Virus record (IMG/VR): IMGVR_UViG_3300009618_000029
Reading direction: 5' to 3' (one strand)
Source: a virus
DNA length: 25,485 nt
Part shown: one piece after another, positions 8,275 through 16,655 of the stretch
Numbering within the stretch: the first letter of the stretch is position 1
Layout: each line of letters starts with the position of its first letter
Notes under the pieces: model-generated
Databases searched by the model: none
Told to the model about the DNA's origin: nothing
The model's input: only the letters and a program-made list of their open reading frames with translations
Program-made: the position numbers and the translations under genes

Positions 8275-8425
8275 CCAGATGGGGCGCACGTAGCTGTGGA
8301 AGATTTGCATACCAGAAAGAATTGCGTATCCGTTTTCTATAAGGTTCGCATGACGCGTTCTCTGTCCCTGATTTCTCCGTTCACACCTTCCAACTTGTTG
8401 TTGTGATCGTGATGGTGTGGGCGAC
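8275..8425 (-). pseudogene. Degraded DDE transposase/integrase fragment (IS6-like, archaeal type)
   Basis: HNNKLEGVNGEIRDRERVMRTL*KTDT / ILSGMQIFHSYVRP, with a stop and a frameshift. It resembles the catalytic-Glu region of archaeal IS6-like transposases. Confidence 0.65.
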
Positions 8426-8565
8426 TGAATTTGAACGATAACGTAATCCCCATAAGTTTCATCATCTTGCCTTCGAAGCTTTCAGCGCGACCGTTTCTGG
8501 ATGTAATCTCAACTAAGGCTGAACACGGGACCTACTGAACTCCCTAGTTGTCCTGGTGATGTGTT

Positions 8566-10212
8566 TTGATGAGTGTGGAAGATGTGAAAGCAGTGGACTT
8601 GCCGGAGATCGCTAAGTTCCCCGACCGTGAGAGTTGCGTAGCCGCGCACATGAAGGAGGGACTTAGCGAAGCGGCGGCTAAGAGAATCTGTGGCCATCTG
8701 CCCAGCAAGCAGAGCCTACGGAAGGTTGCGTTCGCGTACCAGGCGACGTTTGAGCCCTACGAGGAACAAGGCAAGCATTTAGCCAAAATTCATGTAATCG
8801 ATTTGGCGCCGAACCTGAACAAGTGGCAGGTCACGACCACCGCTCGAGCTAAGGCGCTGAAATCCCTACTCGACGCTCCATTGCTGGGTCCGCCAGCTCC
8901 TGGAGAACGAGGCAACGTGGTCGGTGGTCCACCAGGCGCACCACACGAAGGCTTATGGTCGCCGATCGGTAAATTCGTCGACTTCCAATCTAACCATGTC
9001 ACCCACGGCATCGCCGAAATCACCAAGGACTACGCTTGGGACAACATCAAGAACAAGAACTGGAAAGCCGTCAGCCCCTCGGTCCTGGCATTCGTTGAAC
9101 ACCGGGAAGGCGATGTGGACGTTGTGGACGATTTCAATTTCGAACATGTACTCTTCGTCGACAAAGGCGCCTATCCGGACGCGGGGGTTGACGGGACCTG
9201 CGACAGCGAAACTAAGTGCGACTTCTACCAGGCGCTGCAGGCTGCCTGCGAGAGTCAGGCCGGCGTATTCTCGATCAATGACCAAGACCTTTCGACTATG
9301 AGGAAGGCGGTGCAGAGCGCCCGTGGGATCCTAACCGCGCTCGAGGAACGCCTCGAAATAATCCTGCACATTAAACCGGAACCTGAACCTATGATCGCGC
9401 CTTTGGCGCTTTCTTCTCACAAGAGTGTGAGTGATGGGGAGATGAACCCTGTGAGGCCTATTCCAAGCCCTAGCCAGAAGCAAGACCTCGAGACAAAACT
9501 GGGCCAGAAAATGGAGGGGGGTAACAAAATGAAAACCACTCAAACATCCCAACTCTCAGCCGCACCACTTACGACCGAGGAACGAAACAACCTCTCAGAC
9601 AGCGACTTCGCGTACATCGACTCGAAAGGCGGACGGCACCTTCCCATTCACGACGCAGACCACGTTAGGGCTGCGCTTGGCGGTAATGGATGGAGCGCGA
9701 CGTCGTTCGAGAACGATTCAGCGAAAGCTGAGGCGAAGAAGAAGATCTGTGCAGCTGCCAAGAAATTCGATATTGACAGCGAGTTGTGCGGTACGAAGAG
9801 TGGGATGCATCAATCAAAGGAGGAACAGGAAATGTCAGAATGTAACGAATTACAAGCAAAGAACGCAGCCCTCGAAGCAGAACTCACAACGCTCAAGGCC
9901 TACAAGGCCGAGGTTGAAAAGAAGCAGCGCATGGCCAAGGTTCAGACCATAGTGGAACTGAAAACCCACTGCGGCATGCTGGAACCAAAGGACCACGCGC
10001 AAGCTTTCAGCGAGCTTGAGAAGCTGTCAGCTGATGCACTCGACGCAGTCGAGAAAGAACTAACAGCAGTCCAAGCACGCTTAGACTCGATGCCTTCTGG
10101 CCCAAAGGCGAAACACACCCAAGAACAAGCGATGAACACCATTGAAGATCAACGCGAGAAACTGTTCGGTTACCGCCGAGACGAACACGGCGAGATCATA
10201 GGAGGTAAGTGA
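8566..10212 (+). CDS. Prohead protease - DUF6582-like domain - scaffold fusion
   Basis: Protease-like region (HVIDLAPNLNKW...KAVSPSV...EHVLFVDKGAYPDA), then TTEERNNLSDSDFAYID...RHLPIHDADHVRAAL...KKICAAAKKFDID (DUF6582-like), then a coiled-coil C-terminus. Located before the capsid genes. Confidence 0.8.
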   Translation: MMSVEDVKAVDLPEIAKFPDRESCVAAHMKEGLSEAAAKRICGHLPSKQSLRKVAFAYQATFEPYEEQGKHLAKIHVIDLAPNLNKWQVTTTARAKALKSLLDAPLLGPPAPGERGNVVGGPPGAPHEGLWSPIGKFVDFQSNHVTHGIAEITKDYAWDNIKNKNWKAVSPSVLAFVEHREGDVDVVDDFNFEHVLFVDKGAYPDAGVDGTCDSETKCDFYQALQAACESQAGVFSINDQDLSTMRKAVQSARGILTALEERLEIILHIKPEPEPMIAPLALSSHKSVSDGEMNPVRPIPSPSQKQDLETKLGQKMEGGNKMKTTQTSQLSAAPLTTEERNNLSDSDFAYIDSKGGRHLPIHDADHVRAALGGNGWSATSFENDSAKAEAKKKICAAAKKFDIDSELCGTKSGMHQSKEEQEMSECNELQAKNAALEAELTTLKAYKAEVEKKQRMAKVQTIVELKTHCGMLEPKDHAQAFSELEKLSADALDAVEKELTAVQARLDSMPSGPKAKHTQEQAMNTIEDQREKLFGYRRDEHGEIIGGK

Positions 10213-10643
10213 CCATGCCAAATGCAGGCGATATTGACATGGCTCACGACTTCTTCTACTTGCCAGTCAGCAAGAACGCCACTGCAACCATCACCAAAGG
10301 CCAAATCATCAGCCTCAAAGACGGCCGGCCATGGCAGGCTGGCGACCTAGGACCGTTCGGCATCGCAAACCAAGGCGTAGCCAGCGGCGCCGACATGAAA
10401 GGCAAAATTGTCATCGACGGCGTTGTCTGGGTCGCTGCGGCGGGTGCAATAGTGCAGTTCGCCCCAGTTGTACCAAGCACAGTAGCCTACGTCACCACAG
10501 CCACAGCCCTAGCGTTGGGCACAGGCGCATCAGGCGGCACCGGCATGACTGGATCCTTGATGCCAGGCGGAATGCTTGTCGGAATGAACTTTGACACTAC
10601 AACGAACCCCGGTGACCTCACCCGTGTAATGTTGAGAAACTAG
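10209..10643 (+). CDS. Capsid cement/decoration protein (DUF2190-like)
   Basis: Located between scaffold and MCP. Gly/Ala-rich beta protein with ITKGQII...FGIA...GDLTRVML. Confidence 0.65.
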   Translation: MTMPNAGDIDMAHDFFYLPVSKNATATITKGQIISLKDGRPWQAGDLGPFGIANQGVASGADMKGKIVIDGVVWVAAAGAIVQFAPVVPSTVAYVTTATALALGTGASGGTGMTGSLMPGGMLVGMNFDTTTNPGDLTRVMLRN

Positions 10644-10655
10644 GAGAGGTTGAAC

Positions 10656-11639
10656 ATGGACAAACTTGATGGTGGACTACAAGGAGAACTACAAGAAATT
10701 GGTTGGTTCGACCCAACCACGAACAACGTCTATCAGGGCAGAATCGGCGACGTCAATCGCAAAATCTTCAACGCTCGGAATATGAAGCAAGCAGCGCTCC
10801 CGAGCCTATCGGATATCAGCGCCATCAACATCCCAATCTTGCTGCAGGAAATACTGGGCCTGCAAAGGCCAGTGTACAACCTGCGCAACACATGCCGCAT
10901 CATCACCATGAACGCGCTCAAGGCAAGCATTCCGATCTACACGAAGGGAACGGCAACAGAGAAGGTTCCGCCACTTGTGGAAGCTTCCCTTGACCCCGAC
11001 GCGTGGACCACTGTCACCTTCGCTCTCTGGAAGAACGTTCAACACGTCGTCGTGTCGGACGAATTGCAGAGACTAGCGAACGTGGATATTTTCGGAACTG
11101 CAACCCGAGACGCCGCAGGTGCCTTAGCATACAGCGAGAACCACCAGATCAGCCAAGCCTTCGCCGCAGCTGGAGGCTTGCAACCGGCTGCAAGCGGCCT
11201 CTGGACCACACTAGCAAGCGGCCGCAGCGAATTCAACCCGTACACGGACATAATCGGCGCTATGACTACGATCGCAACCGCGGGCTACCATCCGACGTCA
11301 GTAGTGATGCACCCGACTGGATGGTCCGCGTTCTTCGGCAACGACTACGTCAAAGGCCAACTAGCCGGCGCAGTGTACCCAGACTTTACGCAGGGCGGAG
11401 GATTCCAAATCCCAGGCCTACCAGGAGTCATGGGTTACAGCGACTTCTTCATAACCCCGACAACCAGCTGCTACGTGCTAGACCCAGTATCCGCAATGAT
11501 TTTGGGATCTGGCCCGACCGAAGCGGCAAGGTACAGAAACGAAGCCGCAGGCTACGACGCATACATAATGCGCCAGTACCTGCAACCACAAACCGGCGTC
11601 ACGACTGCAATCAACGAAATCACCAACGTACACGCATAG
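10656..11639 (+). CDS. Major capsid protein (HK97 fold)
   Basis: About 327 aa with RBS GGAGAGG. E-loop-like segment (IPIYTKGTATEKVPPLVEA), long spine helix (RDAAGALAYSENHQI) and VVMHPTGW A-domain motif. Confidence 0.88.
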   Translation: MDKLDGGLQGELQEIGWFDPTTNNVYQGRIGDVNRKIFNARNMKQAALPSLSDISAINIPILLQEILGLQRPVYNLRNTCRIITMNALKASIPIYTKGTATEKVPPLVEASLDPDAWTTVTFALWKNVQHVVVSDELQRLANVDIFGTATRDAAGALAYSENHQISQAFAAAGGLQPAASGLWTTLASGRSEFNPYTDIIGAMTTIATAGYHPTSVVMHPTGWSAFFGNDYVKGQLAGAVYPDFTQGGGFQIPGLPGVMGYSDFFITPTTSCYVLDPVSAMILGSGPTEAARYRNEAAGYDAYIMRQYLQPQTGVTTAINEITNVHA

Positions 11640-11654
11640 TAGTTCTTTCGTGAG

Positions 11655-11900
11655 TTACCCGTCACCTAGACGGGCGTGAATCCCTAACCTCACTTTTTCT
11701 CCCGTGAGGATCCTAATCATGCGGTACCATACCCCGACACCCGAGTGGGCGGCAAGCGCCGACACGGTACCCCTCAGCGTGACCGTAGAACATTGGAACC
11801 TGAAGGATCAGCAGTCACAATAATCATGCGGCCAGCGGTCGCATAGTGAACGAGACTTCGGCTGTCCCCAGCCGTCCCACTCGAGCGGGACTAATCATCA
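11655..11900 (+). other. Structured intergenic region with five hairpins and three TAATCAT motifs (possible ncRNA or leader)
   Basis: Stems CCCGTC/GACGGG, CCTCAC/GTGAGG, TGCGGCC/GGTCGCA, CGGCTG/CAGCCG and GTCCC/GGGAC. TAATCAT occurs at 11714, 11821 and 11892. Confidence 0.5.
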
Positions 11901-11918
11901 GTGGAAGGTAGATAGTAG

Positions 11919-12215
11919 ATGGTAGATGCTGACACCGTCCTCGTTTCCGTGGCCCTTGTAGCCACGAGCATCAACACCTTACTCACCACCTTCACTTTGC
12001 TGCATTCTGTGAACGAGAAAGCGAAACTGATCAAGACCATTCACGCGGTAACCAAAGCCCTGGTCGTCGTGGCCAAGAAGGCCCCGATTAGATCACGCCT
12101 CCGCACCGCGGGCTCCGCAGGCAAAGCAGACCTCCGAGAAGCCAAGCGCCGGCTCGCCGTCCGAGATGTTACGCGGCGACTCAACGAGAAGAACCTTAGC
12201 GATAGCGGAAGGTAG
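11919..12215 (+). CDS. Hypothetical protein with N-terminal TM helix and basic tail
   Basis: VLVSVALVATSINTLLTTFTLL hydrophobic segment followed by an Arg/Lys-rich C-terminus. Confidence 0.6.
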   Translation: MVDADTVLVSVALVATSINTLLTTFTLLHSVNEKAKLIKTIHAVTKALVVVAKKAPIRSRLRTAGSAGKADLREAKRRLAVRDVTRRLNEKNLSDSGR

Positions 12216-12218
12216 CAG

Positions 12219-12698
12219 GTGCATAGTATGTCAGCATGGACCACCAGCGCTGAAGTCAAGATTTACGCGGCTACGAAGTGGAGTGCTCTCAACGTGTCTG
12301 GCACGACGGGCGCAGGGGGCGTTCAAGCCCCATTTCCTAACGAGGCCGCGTTCAACACTTTCATAGACAACACGCTGATTCCTCGGGCTCAAAGTCACAT
12401 CAATCGTTTCTGTAAGCGGGATTTCGACGTCGACTTCCCAGGAGCAATCCCGCCTGCCATCCAGGACATTGCCGCACGGGCGTCGTCGAATATGATTCAG
12501 TACATGGTCACCAACAAGATGGGACCACTCGTTCACGAGACCATGTTCCAAATCTCAATCCCCCTCCAGGCCGTGCTACCCAAGGATCTGCAGGACTTGC
12601 TGACGCCCTGGATCAAGCGCTATCCGTACACCGCTGTCAGCAAGTACCAGACGCCGAACATAGTCGACGGCTGGAATGAACCCACTCCAGACCAATGA
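12219..12698 (+). CDS. Head-tail connector/adaptor (gp6/gp15-like)
   Basis: WTTSAEVKIY...LIPRAQSHINRFCKRDF...IPPAIQDIAARASSNM...DLQDLLTPW pattern, located after the MCP. Confidence 0.75.
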   Translation: MHSMSAWTTSAEVKIYAATKWSALNVSGTTGAGGVQAPFPNEAAFNTFIDNTLIPRAQSHINRFCKRDFDVDFPGAIPPAIQDIAARASSNMIQYMVTNKMGPLVHETMFQISIPLQAVLPKDLQDLLTPWIKRYPYTAVSKYQTPNIVDGWNEPTPDQ

Positions 12699-12699
12699 G
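12675..12699 (+). repeat. Junction repeat J1 (connector 3' end)
   Basis: 20/25 identical to 12948-12972. Encodes NEPTPDQ* versus NESTPDQ*. Confidence 0.75.
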
Positions 12700-12947
12700 A
12701 GGGAAGTCACATGGGATTGAGCAAACTATCATCAGTTGAAGACTTTCCCAAAGTCGCAGTGATACTAGAGTGTTGTATCGTTCCGCCAATCTCAGCGCTT
12801 TGCCCCCTTTGCCTTCGTGTTATCTACTCCTGCTTCCGACAAGATTGCCGTATTTCAGCTGACGACGTTGTGGCTGCCGTGGTTCGACATAGTGATGTCT
12901 ACGGCTGCAGACCTTGGAAAGTGTTCTGGAACGTGAACGTGAAAATT

Positions 12948-12972
12948 AATGAGTCAACCCCCGACCAATGAG
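12948..12972 (+). repeat. Junction repeat J2 (start of the 127-aa ORF)
   Basis: Second copy of J1. Contains ATG 12949. Confidence 0.75.
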
Positions 12973-13332
12973 TGGCACGTATCCGGTGGCACGGGATCCG
13001 GAGACAACCTGGTTCCGCTTGAGCCGTTTGGCCCAAACGCCATGATCATGCGTGACGTTCTCGACGGCAAACTGTACATGAAGATGACGCCGCCGAACAT
13101 TGTGGTTACGCGTTGGAATTGCATCTGCCACCCAGGCCTGCACTATCGGCGCCCGCACTTCACGTGCCTGATGTTCTGTCGACTCAAGAGAGTTGCCCAA
13201 GGCAAGCTACCCTCGGTCATTCCCGTTAGCCGATATCGAATGTACATCCAACTGGACCGGCCGCATGCGGCCTTAAAGGATTGGGTGCTGCGGAAGGTCG
13301 TGTTCCCGATCGCCGAGTACTTGGCGAATTAG
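12949..13332 (+). CDS. Hypothetical Cys/His-containing protein
   Basis: 127-aa ORF with CICH...HFTC...C. No family recognised. Confidence 0.6.
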   Translation: MSQPPTNEWHVSGGTGSGDNLVPLEPFGPNAMIMRDVLDGKLYMKMTPPNIVVTRWNCICHPGLHYRRPHFTCLMFCRLKRVAQGKLPSVIPVSRYRMYIQLDRPHAALKDWVLRKVVFPIAEYLAN

Positions 13333-13348
13333 GAGAGGTGAGAATGTT

Positions 13349-13552
13349 ATGATGCCATTCTTGGTTGACATATTCTTCTTAGGCGTGTTTCTCGTGGTTG
13401 GGACGATCCTGATCATTCTACTGAAGGCGGCAATCTACTTCCTACCCGCCATCGTGCTGGCCGTCGTTGTATGGTACCTCACGGGCAGCCTGACGCTTGG
13501 CGGCCTCGCTTTCGCCGTCGTAGCTGTCCTCTGCATGCTCAAGAAGAAGTGA
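13349..13552 (+). CDS. Small multi-TM membrane protein
   Basis: Almost entirely hydrophobic, ends in KKK, preceded by GGAGAGGTGA. Confidence 0.7.
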   Translation: MMPFLVDIFFLGVFLVVGTILIILLKAAIYFLPAIVLAVVVWYLTGSLTLGGLAFAVVAVLCMLKKK

Positions 13553-13557
13553 TTTCA

Positions 13558-13668
13558 ATGCTGCGAGCTGCCGTACGTGGTTTTCTTTCAGGTTGCTACA
13601 TCGCTCTGGGCATCTGCGCCGCGGTCGTACTCATCGTCCTAGCCATCGCCGTAGCGCTTCACGGATGA
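13558..13668 (+). CDS. 36-aa single-TM peptide
   Basis: MLRAAVRGFLSGCYIALGICAAVVLIVLAIAVALHG*, 5 nt after the previous stop. Confidence 0.5.
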   Translation: MLRAAVRGFLSGCYIALGICAAVVLIVLAIAVALHG

Positions 13669-13674
13669 CCTCCT

Positions 13675-14142
13675 TTGAGTACGCCTACGCCTCGGCAGGA
13701 TGTCCGCGCAGCCTTCGCCGCGGTTCTCACAGCCGCGAACCTGGGAGTCACGATCTACAAGGAGTTGCCATTCGAAGGCGCCGACATACGCAGCATCGTC
13801 CTCACCATAGTTGCCGGCACAAGTAGAACCACTGGCGTCAGCATGTACGGCGGACCGGCAAGCGCCCCGGGTGGCCGTGCAGTCATGAACCTCTACCGGC
13901 TGCAGGTCGACGTGAACTTCGACGACAAAGCAGGGTGCAGCAAACTGGCCGACCAGGTTGAGCAGGCTATCTGGAACGCCCACGACGCTCTCCGGGACAC
14001 TTACGATATTCACAGCCTACAGAAAGTCATGGACATAGACACGTTACCCCTCGGCGCCTCAGTACGGGTCCCGGTATTGACGCGAGAAGCCAGGGTGATT
14101 CAAGATTGGACCTTCTGGACCCACCGTAAGCTGGCCACTTAG
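13675..14142 (+). CDS. Tail terminator/completion protein-like
   Basis: RQDVRAAFAAVL...YRLQVDVNF...KLADQVEQAI pattern typical of gp17/lambda U-like proteins. Confidence 0.65.
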   Translation: MSTPTPRQDVRAAFAAVLTAANLGVTIYKELPFEGADIRSIVLTIVAGTSRTTGVSMYGGPASAPGGRAVMNLYRLQVDVNFDDKAGCSKLADQVEQAIWNAHDALRDTYDIHSLQKVMDIDTLPLGASVRVPVLTREARVIQDWTFWTHRKLAT

Positions 14143-14143
14143 C

Positions 14144-14590
14144 ATGAAAGAAGACATTGTCAAGCGCACGAAATCGGCGCTGAAGCAATTCGGTTTCCTG
14201 GTACTGATCAGCCTAGTGTTCCTATCATTCTACGGCGCGTTACCGCAACCAGTCTTCACTGAACAGGTGACGGCGACGCAGAGTCCGATCTACGTGTACG
14301 AGATGATTTCCGCCAAGACCGTCTACTATCGCTTCATCATTGTCCATCTTGGGCAGCCAGTGAAGGCGGCGCAGGTCACAGTTTCGACTTGGTTCTGGCT
14401 CCATGTTTCGATTCACATCTTCGTCAACGGGACCGAGATCGCCCAGGTCAACACTGGCGATAGTGGGAACGCGAACTTCTACACGCCCTTCCCGGAACCG
14501 CTGAGCTCGTTCACCGTTGAAGTGTGGGCGCATAACATGCTGCCGTTGCCTGACGATTTCCACGCGAACATTGTACTCTACTCAAGCTGA
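14144..14590 (+). CDS. Membrane-anchored beta-rich protein (moron)
   Basis: TM helix FGFLVLISLVFLSFYGAL followed by a beta-strand-rich domain. Confidence 0.65.
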   Translation: MKEDIVKRTKSALKQFGFLVLISLVFLSFYGALPQPVFTEQVTATQSPIYVYEMISAKTVYYRFIIVHLGQPVKAAQVTVSTWFWLHVSIHIFVNGTEIAQVNTGDSGNANFYTPFPEPLSSFTVEVWAHNMLPLPDDFHANIVLYSS

Positions 14591-14596
14591 TCAGGA

Positions 14597-14818
14597 ATGT
14601 TGGAACTTCCGAAAGCGCTGAACGCAGACTGGCAACCGCGCACCTGGCACTACTATCAAGCCCAGGACGGCAGGCGAATTGTGTACATCAACGACGGAAC
14701 CGACCTGCTCTCCTTGGCCAGGCATACGATTGAAGTAGATGGGACCGTACGGCCAAGCGTTCTCTGCACGCTCTGCGGATTTCACGACGACGTCAAACTC
14801 ATCGGTTGGGGAAAATAG
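14597..14818 (+). CDS. Small putative Zn-binding protein (DUF6527-like, tentative)
   Basis: HTIEVDGTVRPSVLCTLCGFHDDVKLIGW motif. Confidence 0.5.
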   Translation: MLELPKALNADWQPRTWHYYQAQDGRRIVYINDGTDLLSLARHTIEVDGTVRPSVLCTLCGFHDDVKLIGWGK

Positions 14819-15170
14819 TTGCCAGGCTTCAGCATCCAGATTGTGTCGGATACGGTTACGGCTAAGCTTCTCGCCGCGAAAGCCGAGATTCAGAAAGCGA
14901 TCGCTACCGCCCTTGAGGAGGCCGGCACCGATATGGAAGCTCACTCGAGGCAGCTGGTCCCGGTAAGAACGGGCCATCTGCAAAGCAGCATCTACCACAC
15001 GGTGGACGGGATGCAGCTGGAATTAGGAGCGGATGCCGACTACACCTTTTTTCGTGGAATGTGGCACGCGGAAAATGGCCGCGGAGCCGTTCATTCGCCC
15101 TTCGGCAGAAGAGGGGCAGGCGAAGTTATTGTCCCTTGTTCGGGACGGGATTCTCTGGGCGTTCCAGTAG
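14819..15170 (+). CDS. HK97 gp10-like tail/neck protein, interrupted by a +1 frameshift at T6 (15047-15052)
   Basis: VPVRTGHLQSSI...ADYTFF, then in the +1 frame VECGTRKMAAEPFIRPSAEEGQAKLLSLVRDGILWAFQ*, which is the canonical gp10 C-terminus. Corrected length is 116 aa. Confidence 0.8.
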
Positions 15171-15217
15171 TTTCTGGTCACAGTCTCATTGAGACCTGAC
15201 GGAGCGTGAAACAAGCT

Positions 15218-15667
15218 TTGAAATACACTGGCGATGAGGTGGTCATAAGAATAGGGACCTCAGCAACGAACTGCCTAACTGCGCCTCCACTAACCAACCT
15301 TGAGAGTCTCACCTACAAAGTCAATCAGAACACCACACAGGTGGCCGTGGGAATCGGCTCTCGAGGGACCGAAGTCTACGGAACACTCGTCAAGTACACT
15401 GGCACGATAGTACGCTGGGTTGATGAACTCGCCGAAGTATCCGGTGCCACAGGATCTTTCGCAACAAATGTGGGCGCCTTCACAATCGGTGCTTTGACAC
15501 CGCTCTTCTTGGCGGTCAAGAACAAGCTAACCGGGACCGGGATCGTGCTTTGTGGCTGTATAGGTGACTACCAAGAGGATCTCAAGACTACTGACGGGTT
15601 CCTTGAGGAAACATGGACTTTCATGTTCGCCTCAATCACCAACACCACCGGCTCGCCGGGTCCGTAG
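15218..15667 (+). CDS. Major tail (tube) protein
   Basis: MKYTGDEVVIRIG...LESLTYKVNQN...KYTGTIVRW...EETWTF beta-sandwich pattern and position. TTG 15218 follows GGAG. Confidence 0.7.
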   Translation: MKYTGDEVVIRIGTSATNCLTAPPLTNLESLTYKVNQNTTQVAVGIGSRGTEVYGTLVKYTGTIVRWVDELAEVSGATGSFATNVGAFTIGALTPLFLAVKNKLTGTGIVLCGCIGDYQEDLKTTDGFLEETWTFMFASITNTTGSPGP

Positions 15668-15697
15668 GCCTTTCTTAGGCCGTTTAAGATTGGAGAG

Positions 15698-16027
15698 ATG
15701 GAGAAAATGGAGAACCGCAGTTACAAAGAATTAAGCAAGCAAGAACATAACTCCCCTACTCTTTTTCCGGACGCAACACAGCCTAGCGATAGCCCCGACC
15801 TACAATTCCCCATCACCTTTGGCGTCGTCATGAGCTGCAGACTTGGCGACGTGCAGAAGATCCGGAGTCAGATTCAGGAGGCTGGGGGACGCATAGTGTT
15901 CCAAACCGTCAGCAACAATTCACTCTTCCTTCTGCGTGCGGCGCAGGTGGAGAAAGCCCTTCAGGGCGACCTGAGTGTACTCACTGAGATTCACAATCGA
16001 AAAACGAGAAGGAGCGAAAAGACTTGA
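15698..16027 (+). CDS. Hypothetical protein; its 3' end is the first copy of junction repeat R
   Basis: 109 aa. The stop overlaps a TTG that starts a degenerate chaperone N-terminus (MSLEKR). Confidence 0.65.
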   Translation: MEKMENRSYKELSKQEHNSPTLFPDATQPSDSPDLQFPITFGVVMSCRLGDVQKIRSQIQEAGGRIVFQTVSNNSLFLLRAAQVEKALQGDLSVLTEIHNRKTRRSEKT

Positions 16028-16041
16028 GTCTAGAAAAGCGT
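15925..16041 (+). repeat. Junction repeat R1
   Basis: Encodes FLLRAAQVEKALQGDLSVLTEIHNRK, followed by GAAGGAGCGAAAAGACTTGAGTCTAGAAAAGCGT. Confidence 0.7.
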
Positions 16042-16076
16042 CGCAGGCAGTTCGTTCATCCTCGCTTTAAATAGAT

Positions 16077-16091
16077 GTAAGCATATCTTAC
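16077..16091. promoter_or_regulatory. Operator-like inverted repeat and TATA box of the abrB-relE operon
   Basis: TTTAAATA at 16066-16073 and GTAAG-catat-CTTAC just before ATG 16096 (leaderless geometry). Confidence 0.55.
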
Positions 16092-16095
16092 TCGT

Positions 16096-16374
16096 ATGAA
16101 AGAATCAAGAATCCCTGAGTTGACAAAAGCAAGTTCGAAAGGCCAGATAGTGATACCCAGCATCATTAGGAGACAGCTTGGGATCAAGAGGGGGAGCGTG
16201 TTCGCCGTGACGGCGAGGAAGGATATGATCGTGTTGAAGAAGTTGGAGACCGGAATGAAGCCCGAAGATTTGAGGACACTTAAGCTGATTGAGGAAGCAT
16301 GGCAGGATATAGAAGAAGGAAGGTATGAGATCTATTCGAGGAAAGCCTTCTTCAAAGAGTTCAAGAAATGGTAG
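16096..16374 (+). CDS. AbrB/MazE-family antitoxin
   Basis: SSKGQIVIPSIIRRQLGIKRGSVF motif. Confidence 0.88.
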   Translation: MKESRIPELTKASSKGQIVIPSIIRRQLGIKRGSVFAVTARKDMIVLKKLETGMKPEDLRTLKLIEEAWQDIEEGRYEIYSRKAFFKEFKKW

Positions 16375-16628
16375 AAATAAAGTTCATCGTACCCACCGAC
16401 AAATTCGAGCGTGATGTAAGAAGGATAAGGGACAAGAGCCTGAAGGAAAAACTGCAAAAGCAAATAGACAAAGTTGCCGATAATCCAAACTTCGGAAAGC
16501 ACCTGCGTTATGGCCTGAAGGGCGAATGGTGCATTTACGTGAAGCCTTTCAGACTCATTTACAAAGTCGAGGGTGACAAGCTGATCTTATTGAGATTTGA
16601 GCATCGGAAGGATGCTTATGAAAGGTAA
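16368..16628 (+). CDS. relE: RelE/ParE-family toxin
   Basis: KFERDVRRI...NPNFGKHLRYGLKGEW...FRLIYKV...FEHRKDAY. Confidence 0.88.
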   Translation: MVEIKFIVPTDKFERDVRRIRDKSLKEKLQKQIDKVADNPNFGKHLRYGLKGEWCIYVKPFRLIYKVEGDKLILLRFEHRKDAYER

Positions 16629-16655
16629 TTTGTTCGGCTGCTTCTAGGTAGCAAT

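Noticed and set aside
11640-11918. Possible tRNA or CRISPR mini-array after the MCP
   Set aside because: No cloverleaf with T-loop/D-loop consensus. The repeats are only 7-11 nt and irregularly spaced.
13845-13880. GC-rich nested stem in the tail terminator gene resembling a BHB
   Set aside because: The geometry is a symmetric 3x3 internal loop rather than staggered bulges. Excision (23 nt) would break an intact ORF.
15176-15200. Hairpin GTCTC-att-GAGAC between the gp10-like and MTP genes as an intron
   Set aside because: It is intergenic after frame correction and has no 4-bp central helix with paired 3-nt bulges. At most it is a translational or processing stem.
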